Source: Eledone cirrhosa (lineage: Eukaryota). From it: 64,000 nt of DNA. This document shows positions 25,609-40,880 of the stretch, one piece after another. The notes below the pieces were generated by a model, which saw only the letters and a program-made list of their open reading frames with translations, did not search any database and was not told where the DNA came from. The position numbers were made by a program, and so were the translations under genes. The stretch spans positions 335,048,001 through 335,112,000 of the forward strand of contig OZ024741.1 of NCBI GenBank assembly GCA_964016885.1. Reading direction: 5' to 3'. The stretch's first letter is position 1, and every line of letters begins with the position of its first letter.

Positions 25609-28164
25609 TTTTCCTTTCCTAGGACAAAAAGTCCCAGGAACGGCAAAATATATTGCCATCTGCTAGCTAGTACAGGATCGAATGAGGCCAAAATTTGACC
25701 TATACTTGAACCAGTCCGTAGCAAAAGCGGAAGTAAACATAGACGTGTTGTCTACACCGCCACTATAAATAGCAGCCAAATAGAACAACAGATTTGTTCT
25801 CTACATAACGGAGAATATTAAATGAAGTTAATATGCCCACGGGTACTAAGTACTGGAAATATATAGATATATATACATACATATATATACATATACATAT
25901 ATCATCATCATCGTTTAACGTCTATCTTCCATGCTAGCATGGGTTAGATGGGAATTGTCCCACTTAAGGCAAGATTGGGCGGGTGACCGTGTCTCGCTCT
26001 TATAGAAGATTTTCTACGACCGGATGCCCTTCCAAACACCAACCACATTTACAGTGTGGACTGGGAGCTTATATATATATACATACATACATATATATAT
26101 ATATACATATATATATGTATATATATATGTATATATATATATACATATATATCATCATTCATCATTTCATTTTACGTCCGCTCTTGCCCTGCTTGCAAGG
26201 GTGCGACGGAAACTGATTTTGGCTTGATTTCTACAGCTGGATGCCCTTCCTAACACCAACCTCATTTACAGTGAGTGCTGGGTGCTTTTTTGCCGTGGAA
26301 CCTCCACGACCACTTTGCAGTGGATGATATGGACCCCAGTCCCTATCATCTCATTTCTACAGCTGAGTAAACTGGAGCAATGTGAAATAAAGTGACTTTC
26401 TCAAGGAAAGCAGCCCTTCGCGGCGGTTGCAACGGAGTATTTATCGAGTATTTCGACAGCGTGTATAAATATCCTGCCAGTTTGTTTTTACCTGTGAAAT
26501 CTACTGAGCAATTCTTTCCTGAGACCTTCTAACCACAATCCATAGTATTGGAGACTTTACCAGGGAAGTTTAACAAGGAAATCCCTCTATAATTGAAGCA
26601 ATCTCTTGTCTCCCTTTTTGAAAATTGGGATTATCACTCCCGATTTCCATTGCTAATGGGCCTTTTCAAAGATCCTGGACTCCAAACATTAAATACATTC
26701 AATGCTATTGCCATCGGCATGGGCCTACTAATAATATATGACTGGTACATTCATTGTGAGACAGACGAATGTGAAGTCTATTCTATATTCTCTTAGATCT
26801 TAATGAGATCCTATTATATCACTTGTACACATGTATGATATTGTGTGTCTGTTTTTGTGTGTTTATGTTTCTATGTGAGTGTCTGTGTTTGTGTGAATCT
26901 TTGTGAGTGTGTGGGTGTTTGTGTGTTTATGAGTGTGTATTTGTGTAAGTGTGTGTGTCTGTCTGTGTATCTGTGTGTGTCTGTGTGCCTGTGTTTGTGT
27001 GAGTGTTTATGTGTGTGTTTCTGTGAGTGTGCATGTCTGTATGTGTTTGTGTGAGTGTGTGTCTGTTGTCTGTGTTTGTGTGAGTGTGTGTTTATATAAG
27101 TGTCTGTTTGTGAATGTGTATGAGTATGTGTGTTTCAGAATGTGTTTATCTGTCTGCTTCTGTTTATCTGTGTATGTTTCTGTAAGTATGTTTGTCGGTG
27201 TATGAGTATGTGTGTGTCTGTGTTTTTCTCCAGTAGTTGTCTATCTTATTGTATATTTATTTCATTTGGTAAATTTCTCTCAATGTACTTTCCTTTTCCC
27301 TTTTTTTTTATTTCATCTTTCTTGATCAATCTTTCTTCTTTCTTCTACTTTAGTTTCTTAGTAGTTATCTTCTGCTCCAGTTCCAATCTGTGTGTATTAT
27401 TTCCTAGTTGGTCTCTATTTTCTATTCCACTCTCCACCAGATATGTTGTTCCTCAGACTAAATGACTCTCTTCAAGCCACCAACATTCCTATTTTTTATT
27501 TTATTTTTATTTGTTCCTATTTATTTATTCTCTTTCTCTTTATCTATTTATTTATATATCTATATCTATCTATTTCTCACTCTATCTATCTATCTATCTA
27601 TTCCTCACTCTATCTATCTTTCTATCTATCTATTCCTCACTCTATCTATATATCTATTTATCTATTCCTCTCTCTTACCTCTCTATTACTCCCTCTATAT
27701 ATCTTTGTCTATCTATCTCACTCTCTCTCACTACTTCTCTCTCAATCTGTCTATTTGTTTCTCTCCCTCTATGTATCTATCTATCTGTTTCTCTCTCATT
27801 TCCTCTCTTTCTTTCTCTCTATCTATCTATCTATTTTTCTCTCCTTCCCACTCTCCCCCTCTCTTTTCAATATGTAAGCCTGAATCACCAATTTGAAATT
27901 ATTTTCTGATTTAGTTATTATATTGACCTCTTCATACAATAATGTCATCAGAGTTCTTCTATCTATCTCTCCTTCACCCCCTCCTTCTCCCCACTCTCTC
28001 TTTCTCTCTTTCCTACTCTCTCTATCAAAAGGATTCTTTCCACATGAATGTAGCAATACTTTATAGACAGGACTTAGCTGCCACCCCCAAAACAACCTAT
28101 CACTATTTACTCATCTTAACTTCATTATTGGTTTTTCTGTTTTTTTATATTTATTTATTATTAA

Positions 28165-28234
<70 letters not shown>

Positions 28235-28626
28235 TTATTTTATTTTATTTCATTTTTTATTTATTTTATATATATATATTTTTTATTTATTTATTTATTC
28301 ATTTATTTATTTATTTATTTATTCTACTGTCATTGTTGCTGTCTCCATTTCTCTGACATCTGAAAATCTGAAACTTGTTTACAACAATACTCCTTGTCCA
28401 TTGTTGACACACTTTACAAATATTACAATATTACTCTGGGACAGAGTTGATCTCTTCTTTACAAACCACTTGATTCATCTTCATCAGATCTTCCACTCCA
28501 CCTTCTCTTCTGCAAGTAAATATTGAAATATATCACAAATGAATTTTTTGATTTTTTTTTTTTTTTTTGTCTTTCCAGTTCATATAAATTTTACTCCCCA
28601 AAAATCTGCCTTGCAATTTTTTCTTG

Positions 28627-28685
<59 letters not shown>

Positions 28686-28691
<6 letters not shown>

Positions 28692-28781
28692 CCCAAAAAT
28701 TGTATATACACTTTGATTACCTGTACAGGCAATATTTATTAGAATGTTGTTGAAGTATGTATACATTTTTGGGGGACACCC

Positions 28782-28785
<4 letters not shown>
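28686..28785. mobile_element. ~100-bp Tc1/mariner-type MITE
   Basis: Imperfect TIRs GTGTCCCAAAAATTGTATATACACTT / AAGTATGTATACATTTTTGGGGGACACCCTATA. Confidence 0.6.
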
Positions 28786-28849
<64 letters not shown>

Positions 28850-29006
28850 TTGTTTTGTAACCGTTAGTATATGGCTTTTTTTTTATTTTTATGTCTACAA
28901 AAATAATGAAGCAGCATTTAATTGTTCTGGGAAGAATTCCTTTCTTTTGGTTTGTGTCTTCATGTATATGTGTATATATATATATATACACACATATGTG
29001 TATATA

Positions 29007-29067
<61 letters not shown>

Positions 29068-29244
29068 GAAAGAAATCAGTTTAGCCAATTATTACTTTCT
29101 TAGGTACGGTTCAATTTTGAAACAAACTGTTTTTTTTTTGTTTGTTTTGCTTTTGTTGTCCAATATATATTTGCATCTTTATTTCTCAATTACTCTCCTT
29201 TATTTATTTTCTCTTGTGTAGTATATGTATTATATATGTGTGGG

Positions 29245-29331
<87 letters not shown>

Positions 29332-29644
29332 AGATAGATAGATGGATAGGATGTTGCTTGTTAAGACCATTATTTAATTTAGTACTCCATACTTAAGGAA
29401 AGTAGATTGTAAATATTATTTTACCATCTACTGACCAATGGCCAAGCTTAATCCATTTCAATAGCAGAAATATTTTTTGCTATTGAAACTTTTTAAGCTT
29501 GGTCAGTGAGCATTAGATCGATATATACATATATATCATCATCATCATCACTGTTTAACGTCCACTTTTCCATGCTAGCATGGGTTAGATGATCATTTAT
29601 ATATATATATACATATATGTAATGCATGTGTGTATATGAGTGTC

Positions 29645-29870
29645 ATCATCATCATCAGTGTTTTTACATCTGTTTTTCCTCACTTGCATGGGTTGGACAG
29701 GTCCTTCTCAGTACAGTATCTCTCCATTTGTAACGTTCCTTCATCCTATCCTCTGCTAGTCTTAGTGATTTGAGGTCAGCTTTCACAACTTCAGCCCAGA
29801 TCTTTCTTGGTCGTCCTCTACTGAGGCTTTTTTCCAATAGGATTTTCTGGCATTTCTTCACCCATTGGTC
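29645..29870 (-). mobile_element. RTE 3' fragment
   Basis: VKKCQKI...SRGRPRKIWAEVVKADL, with a CCCATGCAAG...(GAT)n tail. Confidence 0.75.
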
Positions 29871-31322
29871 ATTGTCAATGTGTGTATGTATATGTATGTA
29901 TATGTATATATATATGTGTGTGTGTAATGAGAATTTATGACATTTATGCCTTTCTTTAGCTATTTAATTACCATATTTCTAATGAATGACACTATCTATG
30001 ATTTTCTATCAGCTGTAGAGATATTACAATATTACTAAGCCTTTTCACAATTTGGCTGGTATTTGAAATACAACTTCAAAATTTTTTACATAAAATTATG
30101 ATGGAATTTAAAAATTTAAACATGAACTTATTTGGAGCATTTACATATGTAAATACTTTGTAAAATTGTTGGAATCTTGAATCCAGTTTTGTTTAACCTA
30201 ACTCTTTGCTATGATTATCATAGCAGCTGGCTGTTTTACAGCTAGATTCATACATTTTTACGAAATATTTAAACATGAAATGCTTTTCTATCATAAAACT
30301 AGGGACAGTTTCAGGCAGGTTGGTATCTAAAGTGTTAAGGAATTATCAATACCATAAGTGAAGTTGCCAGAAATGTGAATGAAAACTGTTTGGTGGACTC
30401 ATTGATGACAGTATGTGCTCTAAAACAACCATATTTTTTATGTTATCTATTGATAAACTTTGCTACTGTCTGCTTCTACTACACAGTAAGACTAATTCCA
30501 TTCTGTCTGTGGTTTAATCAATTACCTCTCTCAAGCTGTATACCAATATTCTCTCTTTTACTACATTCTCCATTTCCAGTATGTCATGATATAAAATGAT
30601 ATTTTAATTTCTGACTCACTTCATTCCAATTTTTAATCTGAAATAAATAAATAAATAAAAGTATCTTTTTCAAATTAAAAATGAAAAATTCCTTTTTTCC
30701 CCAAAAAAATTCAATAGCTTTCATTTTTATTTATTTATTTTTTTATTTATTTCTCAACTAACTTTTTGATTTCTTCTCAATTCTCATTATTTATTTCATT
30801 AAGTGAGAACCACAACACCTGATGTTAATTCACCTCCTACATTTCCCTATACCTCACCTTCACCCTCACAGCGACCACTTAAATTCTTTATATTGAACAG
30901 TTTTGTTGACATATTTCCAAGGAAAGACACTGCCTATAATGGTCTAATCAATTTGAAAATAATCAAAAAAATTTCAGGGACTTTCTCATTATCAATCTTG
31001 TATTTGGAGCATAACTTAAAAAAGGTTCTTACATAAAATTATGTTGGAAGATTTTAATTTAAATGGGAACCCTTTAAAATAGGTGGATTTTTTCATAAAA
31101 ACAGAACTGGGTTGAGGCAGGTTGGTATCAAAACATTTAACTATAGTGTTTGTTGTTGTTGTTAATTATTTAACCCCAGGTCAGCTCTGATTGAGCAGGT
31201 GTGATTAAAGGTAATCTAGCCATCGATCCTGTCTTTTATTTATATATAGTGTTTACTGTTGTTCTTATTGTTGTTATTTAACCACAGTTCAGCTCTGATT
31301 GAGCAGACACATAATCAATGTT

Positions 31323-31835
31323 GATCTAGCCATCACCATCCTGTCTTTTATTCAGATATAGTATTGTTGTTGTTCTAGTTGTTGCAGTTCAGCTCCAGGT
31401 CAGCTCTGAAAGGCGATCTAGCCATCACCATCCTGTCTTTTATTCAGATATAGTATTGTTGTTGTTCTAGTTGTTGCAGTTCAGCTCCAGATCAGCTCTG
31501 AAAGGCGATCTAGCCATCACCATCCTGTATTTTATTCAGATATAGTATTGTTGTTGTTCTAGTTGTTGCAGTTCAGCTCCAGGTCAGCTCTGAAAGGCGA
31601 TCTAGCCATCACCATCCTGTATTTTATTCAGATATAGTATTGTTGTTGTTCTAGTTGTTGCAGTTCAGCTCCAGGTCAGCTCTGAAAGGCGATCTAGCCA
31701 TCACCATCCTGTATTTTATTCAGATATAGTATTGTTGTTGTTCTAGTTGTTGCAGTTCAGCTCCAGATCAGCTCTGAAAGGCGATCTAGCCATCACCATC
31801 CTGTATTTTATTCAGATATAGTATTGTTGTTGTTT
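31323..31835. repeat. 92-bp tandem repeat, about 5.5 near-identical copies with degenerate flanking units
   Basis: GATCTAGCCATCACCATCC starts at 31323, 31415, 31507, 31599, 31691 and 31783. Confidence 0.95.
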
Positions 31836-32399
31836 AACCCCAGGTCAATCCTGATTGAGCAGTTTTATGATCAAAGATAATCTAACTATGACCGTCTGTG
31901 TCTTTTATACAGACATAGTGTATATGTGTGTAGGTATGTATGTGTGTGCGTGTATATGTATGTATCCCCTCCCAGGTCTTGCAGTAACCACTATGCCCTG
32001 TCCTATCTTTGCAGAATGTTGGCCCTCTGGAATTCACTCCCTGCCCATGTTTTACCTGCAACCGTCGACTTGCAACTGTCAAAGAGGAACATTAACTAAC
32101 TGCTCAACATTGCTTCTCACATGTCTCAGGGAGAGCCAGCAATGTCCTTCCACACAACTCCTCCCTTCCTTTCTGACCAAACCACCAATATCCTTCTGTA
32201 CAGCTATTTCCTTCCTTTCTGACCAGACCAATAAACAAAAGAAAACAAAACAAAACCAAAAAGGCTTCAGTGATCCTGTAGGGATTCCCCCACAACACCC
32301 AATACTCACCACCACCATCGCTTGTCCTGATATAACAATATTATAGAAAAATGTGTGAAAAACATTCAGGAACTTATAGGAGAGGAAAGTGACATCAAT

Positions 32400-32795
32400 T
32401 ACTGAGATTATCATCAACATCAATATCATCATCATCATCATCTTCATCATTACCACCGCCACCATCATCATCACAGTTAACATTTTTTTGTATCCTTGAA
32501 ATAAACATTATTGACATCATTATTGTTGTTGTTGTTGTTATTGTTTTCATCATTAGTATTGTCATCATCATTGTCATCATTATTGTTACCATCATCATCA
32601 TCATCATCAGTGTTGATATCCTCAAAATATTATTATTGACATTACCTCCATAGTTGTTAGGATTATCATCATCGCCATCATCACCATCATCATCAACATC
32701 ACCGTCATCATCACAGTCGACATAATCAGCAGCATCATTGTATCCTTGAAATATCATCATTCACATCATCTTCCTCATCATCATCATCGTTATCG
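32400..32795. repeat. Degenerate (CAT)n region
   Basis: Direct reading. Confidence 0.85.
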
Positions 32796-34735
32796 TTGTC
32801 CTATTTTAGCCAGGGTATTTGGGACCTTCTAACCCTTCCCTGACCATATTTCTATTGAAATACATTCTATTTCAATTAATTAATGAACAGTTGCGGGTGG
32901 TTAATAAAATTATGTTGGAAGATTTTGATTTAAATCTTCTTCTTGAGTCATCCCTCTATCGAAGGCGAAACATGTACAAAGTTCTTGGTTCAGACTTCCC
33001 AATTTGTCATCACATCAAGAAGATCCCGTCCAGTGAGGCCAGTATCCTTTGCCAACAGAATTCCAATGGTTATGTTTGAACTCAGTGCTTTGTATCTGGT
33101 TACCAGAGAAACAGTTTCCCTGCAGGTGCATCATAACCAGCAAGAACCAAGCAAAGGAATTGATTTAAGTAGAAACCTTTTAAAATGTGTGGTTTTGAAT
33201 TAAAAGGGTTAGTGAAGAATTTCAAAGAATTTTCTAAAAGTATTAATTATTTCATTACTAAGATTGTTACTTAATATATGATTCTTATAACCAGAGATGA
33301 TTTTGGCTGGGTTGGTATCAAAAGAGTGAAAAATTTTAAGGGATTTACTAAAAGTATTAATTATTTCATTACTAAGATTGTTAATTATAACTATAGGTGG
33401 TTGAGTTCACTTTACATCTATATGGTTCTGGGTTCAGTCTGCAGTGTCACCTACTATTACTCCAGGTTGACCAGTTATGGTTTTATCTAGGGTGGTATTA
33501 AAAAGGTTAAACACAATAAACCTCTAATGTGAGATGGAATTATATGTTGATTTAGAGAAACACCTTGATCTCATCAATGTGCCTAAATACAAAATTCAAG
33601 TCTTGCAGGTGTAGTAAAATAAATGTTTTGTCAGAAAGAAAAGAGATGTGATAGGCTTTAATAATAGTAGTCTTGGAGAAGAAAGGGGAGCTGTGAAGGC
33701 CTTGAGTAATGTCTATTCTTCTAAACCTATCAAATAAGAATAAATAAATAAACAACTATAGGTGCAGGCATGAGTGTGTGGTCAAGTTCACCTTACATCT
33801 ATGTGCTTCAGGGTTCAGTCTGTTGCACATGGTCGTCTACTATAACCAGAGTTTGACCAATGCCTTGTGAGTGGAATATTGAAGATGAAAACTGCAGAAG
33901 CCCATTGTGTATATATACATATACATATATTTAATGGACTTTTACAAACCTAGAAGCATTTGCCTGCAACATATCAACTCACTCACATAATTGTGTTAAC
34001 ATATAATAATGTCACACCAGTGCCAGTTGCTGTTGTAATGATTGCACAACAATTCCACCCTGGTGTCACTGAAATACGTATAATACGATAAATACGAGTA
34101 TGTAACATCTCTCGTAACATTTATTTCATAGCTATTAAGTTAGACATCGACTGGGCCAGTACTGGCCAAAACCTATCAAAGTTACACACACACACACACA
34201 TATATATTTGTGTGTGTGTTTACATTTGAATTTACATTTGCATTTTATAACTTAGTGGTTCAACAAAAACAGAGTGATAAAATAAGTAACAGACCTGGAA
34301 AATATATATGCTGGAGCTAATGTGATTGACTGAATCAAAGTGGTGCACCAGCATGACCTCAGTCTAATGACTGAAACAAGCATAAGAATAAGAATGGTGG
34401 TGGTGGTGATGGTATTGGGAGTTATTATTATGATGCAGATGATGATGAAACTAGAAATGGTTGTCCCTATAATATCAATTCATAAATCTATGAAATCAAT
34501 CTCCTCCCCACACCAAATTAACAAATAAACTTGATGCTACCAAAATGTAACAATACATTTTTCCAGACAATCAATTCAAATCAAATAGATAAATAGATAA
34601 CAAAATAAAATTGAAATAAAATATAATTAAATAATATCGAAAAGGATATCAAAATGTCATTGAAGAATTTTAAAGTAACGTTTCATATATCTTTATATAT
34701 ATATATATCTGTTTATATATATCTGTTTATATATA

Positions 34736-34827
<92 letters not shown>

Positions 34828-35087
34828 CATCACACACATATATATATGTATGAAGTAACTGTCAGCTTGTATCATATATGTATAGCCACACAGGTATCTG
34901 TTTATTTATACACATATACACGCACACACATATGTATATACATTTATATACTTATACATATATACATTCCCATGTATATATATTTTCTTTCATATATATA
35001 TTTTTAATAATAATATATCAGAATAAATGTAGTTTATTTGAATATATATATATTTATAAATGTCATATATGTGTATGCATAAATATA

Positions 35088-35134
<47 letters not shown>

Positions 35135-35139
35135 GAATG

Positions 35140-35178
<39 letters not shown>

Positions 35179-35941
35179 GAATGTATGTGTGTGTATATAT
35201 ATGTATATATATATTTATGAATGTATGTATATATCTATATATCTATATATCCATATACACACACACACATATATATATATATATTCCCACCCTTGCAAGC
35301 AGGGAAAAGCGGACGTAAAATGAAATGATGATGATGATATATATATATATATATATATATATGTTTGTGTGTGTGTGTATAGTTATAGTTATAGTTCTGC
35401 TCAATCAAAACTTCATCTTCATCTTCAGCTCTCTTACCACAACAACTTCACTCAACCAAACCATATATGTTAGATTCAGCCCAGCTTCCCAACTTAGAAT
35501 TTGCTTTGCTCTCTAATACTGAAGTCAGAAATATCTTATCTTATCATCGTTACATTCATTCCTCTGACATTTATGGACATTCATTTATTATTATTTATGA
35601 TTATCAGCTGGCTTACTTCCTCTTCACTTAGCTTCTTTTGCACCAATCCCTCCCCCATCTCATCCTCTCTCTCTCTCTTTTATTATCAAACACTGTCTCT
35701 CTTTCTCTCATACACTGCCTTTCTCACACTCTCTCTCCTCCCAATTCGTATTTCCACCTAAACCTATTCCTATTCAGATTTCAACATAGCAATTTTCCAG
35801 TCAATTTCCCTCACAACCATACATCAAGCCTCATCATTTTCTGTTGCCAAGTTTCACCTCCAATCTCAGCTTCTCATCACCAACACTTATATTATTCTTC
35901 AAGTTTCATTCTGTCTTTCAGTCTCTCCCTCCCCCCCCCAC

Positions 35942-35987
<46 letters not shown>

Positions 35988-36083
35988 GCATATGCACACA
36001 CTCATATATTTCTCTTTATGTGTATATGTGTATATGTATACACATACACTCACATTTTTCTCTATATGTGTAGAGATAGATAG

Positions 36084-36138
<55 letters not shown>

Positions 36139-36604
36139 AAGAGATATGAGAGGGAAAGAGAGAAATGTATGTATGTGTCGACTTATCTGTCTCTCCCATA
36201 CATTCATTCATATATATATGTGTGTGTGCATCTGTGTATGTATATATATATATATATATGGACAAATGTGTCTGACTAAAAACTTGTCATTCCTGAATTT
36301 TCCAACTCCTAAATTATATTAAAACATTTTAAATGACTCTATGGTTTCAATTTCTGATAAGTTTATTTTCTCAATTTATTCTGACTAAGTCTATCTTGTT
36401 CTTTCATTGGTGTAAAACCTTTCAATACCTATTTCCTATTTCTCCAATATTAAGTAATTATAACTATATCAGTGACAGAATTGAAACTATGCTATTAGAG
36501 TAAGTGTGTTGGACTTACAATCATGATGCCATGGATTTGATTCCTGAACTGGGTTGTGTGTTGTGTTCTTGAGCAAAACACTTCATTTCACATTGCTCCT
36601 AGGA

Positions 36605-36924
36605 ACACTATACCTGATGGCCAATAACACTAACTACTGCAATGTACATTAGATTATGCAGTCCTCGTTACACTATATCTGATGACCAATAACACTAACT
36701 AGTGCAATGTACATTAGATTATGTAGTCCTAGTTACACTATACCTGATGGCCAATAACACTAACTACCGCAATGTACATTAGATTATGTAGTCCTAGTTA
36801 CACTATACCTGATGGCCAATAACACTAACTACTGCAATGTACATTAGATTATGTAGTCCTAGTTACACTATATCTGATGACCAGTAACACTAACTACTAT
36901 GTTGTACATTAGATTATGTAGTCC
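36605..36924. repeat. 65-bp tandem repeat, about 5 copies, between two SINE B copies
   Basis: ACACTATA starts at 36605, 36670, 36735, 36800 and 36865. Confidence 0.95.
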
Positions 36925-36929
36925 AAGAA

Positions 36930-37210
36930 AGTGGAGACATGTGGTCTAGTGGTTATGGTGTTAGACTTACGATTATAATATTGATAACTGGACAGGGTTG
37001 TTTGTTGTGTTCTTGAGCAAAACACTTCATTTCATATTGCTCCATTATACTCAGCTGGAAATGAGTACCAGTTAGTTGGGGTTTAACCTTGTGATGGACT
37101 GGTGCCCTGTCCAGCAAGGAGTCTTGTATACTCAGTCACTTCATGCCATAGAAACTGGGATAAGCACCAGCTTGATGATTTTCCTGGGATTTAGATACAC
37201 TTTAGACTAA
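36930..37210 (+). mobile_element. SINE family B copy
   Basis: TGGTCTAGTGG A-box-like head followed by the conserved central blocks. Confidence 0.8.
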
Positions 37211-40200
37211 GTACTGTATGTCTCATTCCACAGAGAACCAATTTTGCAGAGTCAGTAGAGCCCTTTGCATTTTTAGGCCAAATCTTGCCACGGTTCACTT
37301 TGTGTTTTATTCTCTTCATGGTTGATAAATGACCACCAGTCCAGTACTAATGCTGCTTTCTCTCTGTCTTTCCAGCTGTCATGTCCTAGTTATTCAGCTA
37401 GAACATAGGTAAGAGGGAAGAAAGGGAATATTTGAGAGGGTGTGTGTCTTCTCTCTCTATCTCTCTTTTCAGCTGCCATGTCTTAGTTATTTAGCTGGAC
37501 CATGAAGAAGAAGTGAAAGGATATTCAAGAAGGTGTTTGTCTTTGCTTCTCTCTCGTTCCTGTTAACATGTCCTAATTTCTTAAAATAATTAAGATTTTG
37601 GAGAGATTTAATCATATAACATTCTCATTATTAAGCTGGTGTTTGGAGCACAACTTAAAGGTTTTTACATAAAATTATAATGGTGGGTTTTTAGATAAAT
37701 ATGATGATGATGATGATGATGTTGATAATAATCACTTTAAAACAAACACTTTTGATCATAAAAACCAGGGGCTGTTTCAAGTGGTTTAGTATTGAAATAG
37801 ATAATATATATTGTGGAATGAGATAGCAAAACTATGTTATGGGTAAATTTCTGTTTGCTGGTATTTTTACATGGTCATGGAAATGACCTGGGCCGTGTCC
37901 CCCCCCCCCCCCCCAGTTGCCAAGTTTATGAGGTTCAGCTTGTAAAACATTCTATTAACCAACAAATAAATATAATTTATCTAAGGTGTGACAGCTTCAA
38001 TTTTCTACATTCTCACTTCAAATTCTACCAGGATGGATTTTTACCATTTATTTCTCTGTAGTCAATGAAATATATACCAGTTATATGTGACACTACTCAC
38101 TGTGACCCTCCCTTTTTTCCTTCCATTTTTAACCCCCAAAAAATCAATATGTATTTTAAATATTATTGGCTTGAAAATTGAGAAGAAGCATGGGTGTGTT
38201 TGAAATTCATAGAAATGATTTTTGCAAACTCGAACACAAGGAATAACTGTTAAAACAGCCAAATGCCCTCAATGATAGCATACAAGTCAGGTAAAAATAC
38301 CTCAAAAAGAGAGTGATTGATAAAGAGAAAAGTAAAGTGTGAGGTTAGTGACAGGTATAGAAAAGATTGAGAGAGGAGAATACGTGTGCTGGCAAGAAGA
38401 AAGAAAGAAAGACAAATGGAGATTAGAGTTACAATAAGAGTCGAGATTTAAGTTATGAACAATACAAAATTCACACACAAATCTGACCTCAGCAGCTCTC
38501 TAAAGAAACTACCAGTATTTATTTTTGTGTTTGTTCTTTCTTGAATAAATCTAAATTTCAGAACAGACAATGATGGTCTCGTTGGTCTTATCTAGTGTGG
38601 TTGGTACAATAACATGGAATGGAGTCAACATAAGGTGAAGAGAATTCATTTGTGTTGTTGATGATTGTACAAAGACAGTCTTTCAAGTGTTGGCACCATA
38701 ATAAATAGTACCCAGTATCTTCTGTAAAGTAGTTGACGATTGAACAGAGGCAACATTGGGTAGAGGGATCTCTTTACTCTTTGTGAGAAACTCTCTAATG
38801 CCAGAGATTGATGTGTGCATGGATCCATAACTCTTGATGGAGTCAAAGGAGGATCATAGTGACATACAGTGTGTCTTGAGAATTTAAAATCTGGTGAAAC
38901 CCATTCCCTCTGAACTCAGTCAATTTCTTCCATAGGAGAGAGAGGGAATGAGAAAGAGAAATAGAGGAAAAATTAATCCCAGTATTTGATCTGGTACTTT
39001 CTGTATTTACCCTGAAAGAATGAAAGGCAAAGTTGACTTTGGTGGAATGTGAACTTGGAATGCACAGAAAGCTGGAACGAACAGCATAAAGCATTCTATC
39101 TGATGTTCTAGTGACTGTACCACTTCACCTCCTTCAGATGTCTTTGTGGTTGTTTATAAATTATGTAGCTAGTACAAAGCTTTAGTAACTATTACATAGT
39201 TATTCTGCTATCTAAGCAATATTGGAACTACTTCACTACTTCACACAAACCATTATCCTAGCTTGCTATTGAGCTAGCTGACTTATTACTTTCTACTAAA
39301 TATATTAGCAAATCACCCAATGACTCATACACAGTCTAGGACAGAGCCAACTTATTACTTATTACCCATTATAATATACAATTATGTCAACCAGTTATCT
39401 TTAATAACTTTACTCATATAATCAATCTGTTCTTTTGACTACATCATAACATCTCTAAGAGGTTATAACTTTGCCTACAAAGAGAATTTATTACAAGAAT
39501 ATTTTGTTTGATATATATAATATTCTCAAATACTGCACCACAAATTTAATTTCTTGCCATTTTTTTTTCTTTCTTCTTTTTTTATGTTATGTTCATAAAT
39601 GAAGAATTTCTTTTGTAGAGGTGAAAATGTTGAAATAAATAAAGGGCAATGGACGGTCTCCTCATAAGTCAGAGTCTAAATTTACTGCTGGTGTTTTGTC
39701 TTATTTTGTTTGATAAAGTAAATTATATTCTGTGAGCTGTTATGAATCATTTCAAACCTTTTTGCTACAAACCTGCCCCTCAAAATCACCTCTGGTTCTA
39801 TGAAACAGAGCCTCCCATTATAAAGGATTTGGTGTGTTGATGCACAGAAATGCTATAAAATAGAGTGAAAGCCCCTAAAGATGCAAAAAGAAGTCTCCAT
39901 CGGCTGCTACGGTTTCCATGAAACAGAGCCAACCATTATAAAGTGTTTCTATTTAATAGAAAGAGTGGTGTGCTCATGTGTGGAGATGCTTTAACATAGC
40001 TTATAAAATAGCGTGAAGACCCTTAAAGATAAAAAAAAGACGTCATTGGCCTCTAAGGTTTCTATTCAAATTAAAGTGTTCCAACATGATTTGATATCAA
40101 ATACCATTTTAATAATGAAACAATTGATAATTTTAATAAATTTCTCTAATTCTTCATTAATTAATTCAAATGCAGTGTATTTCATTAGAAATATGGGCTA

Positions 40201-40596
40201 AGCCATACGGCAATGATGCCTGTGATACTGGTAGATTTATCAAGGATAAATTGAAAATATATAATTGTGTGAATTTTCATTATATTCCAAATGCTAGCTT
40301 CATAATGAGAAAGTTATTTTATTAGATTCCTCCAAATTCTTGATGATTTTTCAAAATTATTTACAAATCTTTGGCAGTATCTTTCATTACAAATATGATA
40401 ATGAAAAGTTTAATAAATATTAGTTACAGAGATGAGGGGAACAAAGTTTTAACCCTTTATCCACTCCCTACCTTACCATGGGTGAATCCCACAGCCCTGA
40501 TGATATTTGTGAATTAAACTTAGAAAAACAAATAACGGATGTGCAAACAAGGAGCAGACATGGCTCTGTGGTAAAGGAGTTTGGTTCACAACCATG

Positions 40597-40880
40597 TCAA
40601 AGTCTAAAATCTCTCTTGAGCCCAGAGGCTCATCAGGCTGGTGCTTATCCTAGTTTCCATGGCATGACATGACTGAGAGTATAAGACTCACCACTAGATA
40701 GGACACCAGTCCATTGCATGTTTAAACCCCTAATTATTGCTGGTACTCATTTTCAGCTGAGTATACTGGAGCAACATGAAATGAAGTGCTTTGCTCAAGA
40801 AGACAACACACATACTGGTCCAGGAATCGAACCCATGATTGTAAGTCCAACACCTCTACCACTAGGCCACATGCCTCCAC
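40597..40880 (-). mobile_element. SINE family B copy
   Basis: Homologous to 19125-19400. Confidence 0.8.

Noticed and set aside
36605-36924. CTGATGA in some 65-bp repeat units, suggesting tandem hammerheads
   Set aside because: No GAAA or stem II/III, and most units read CTGATGG.
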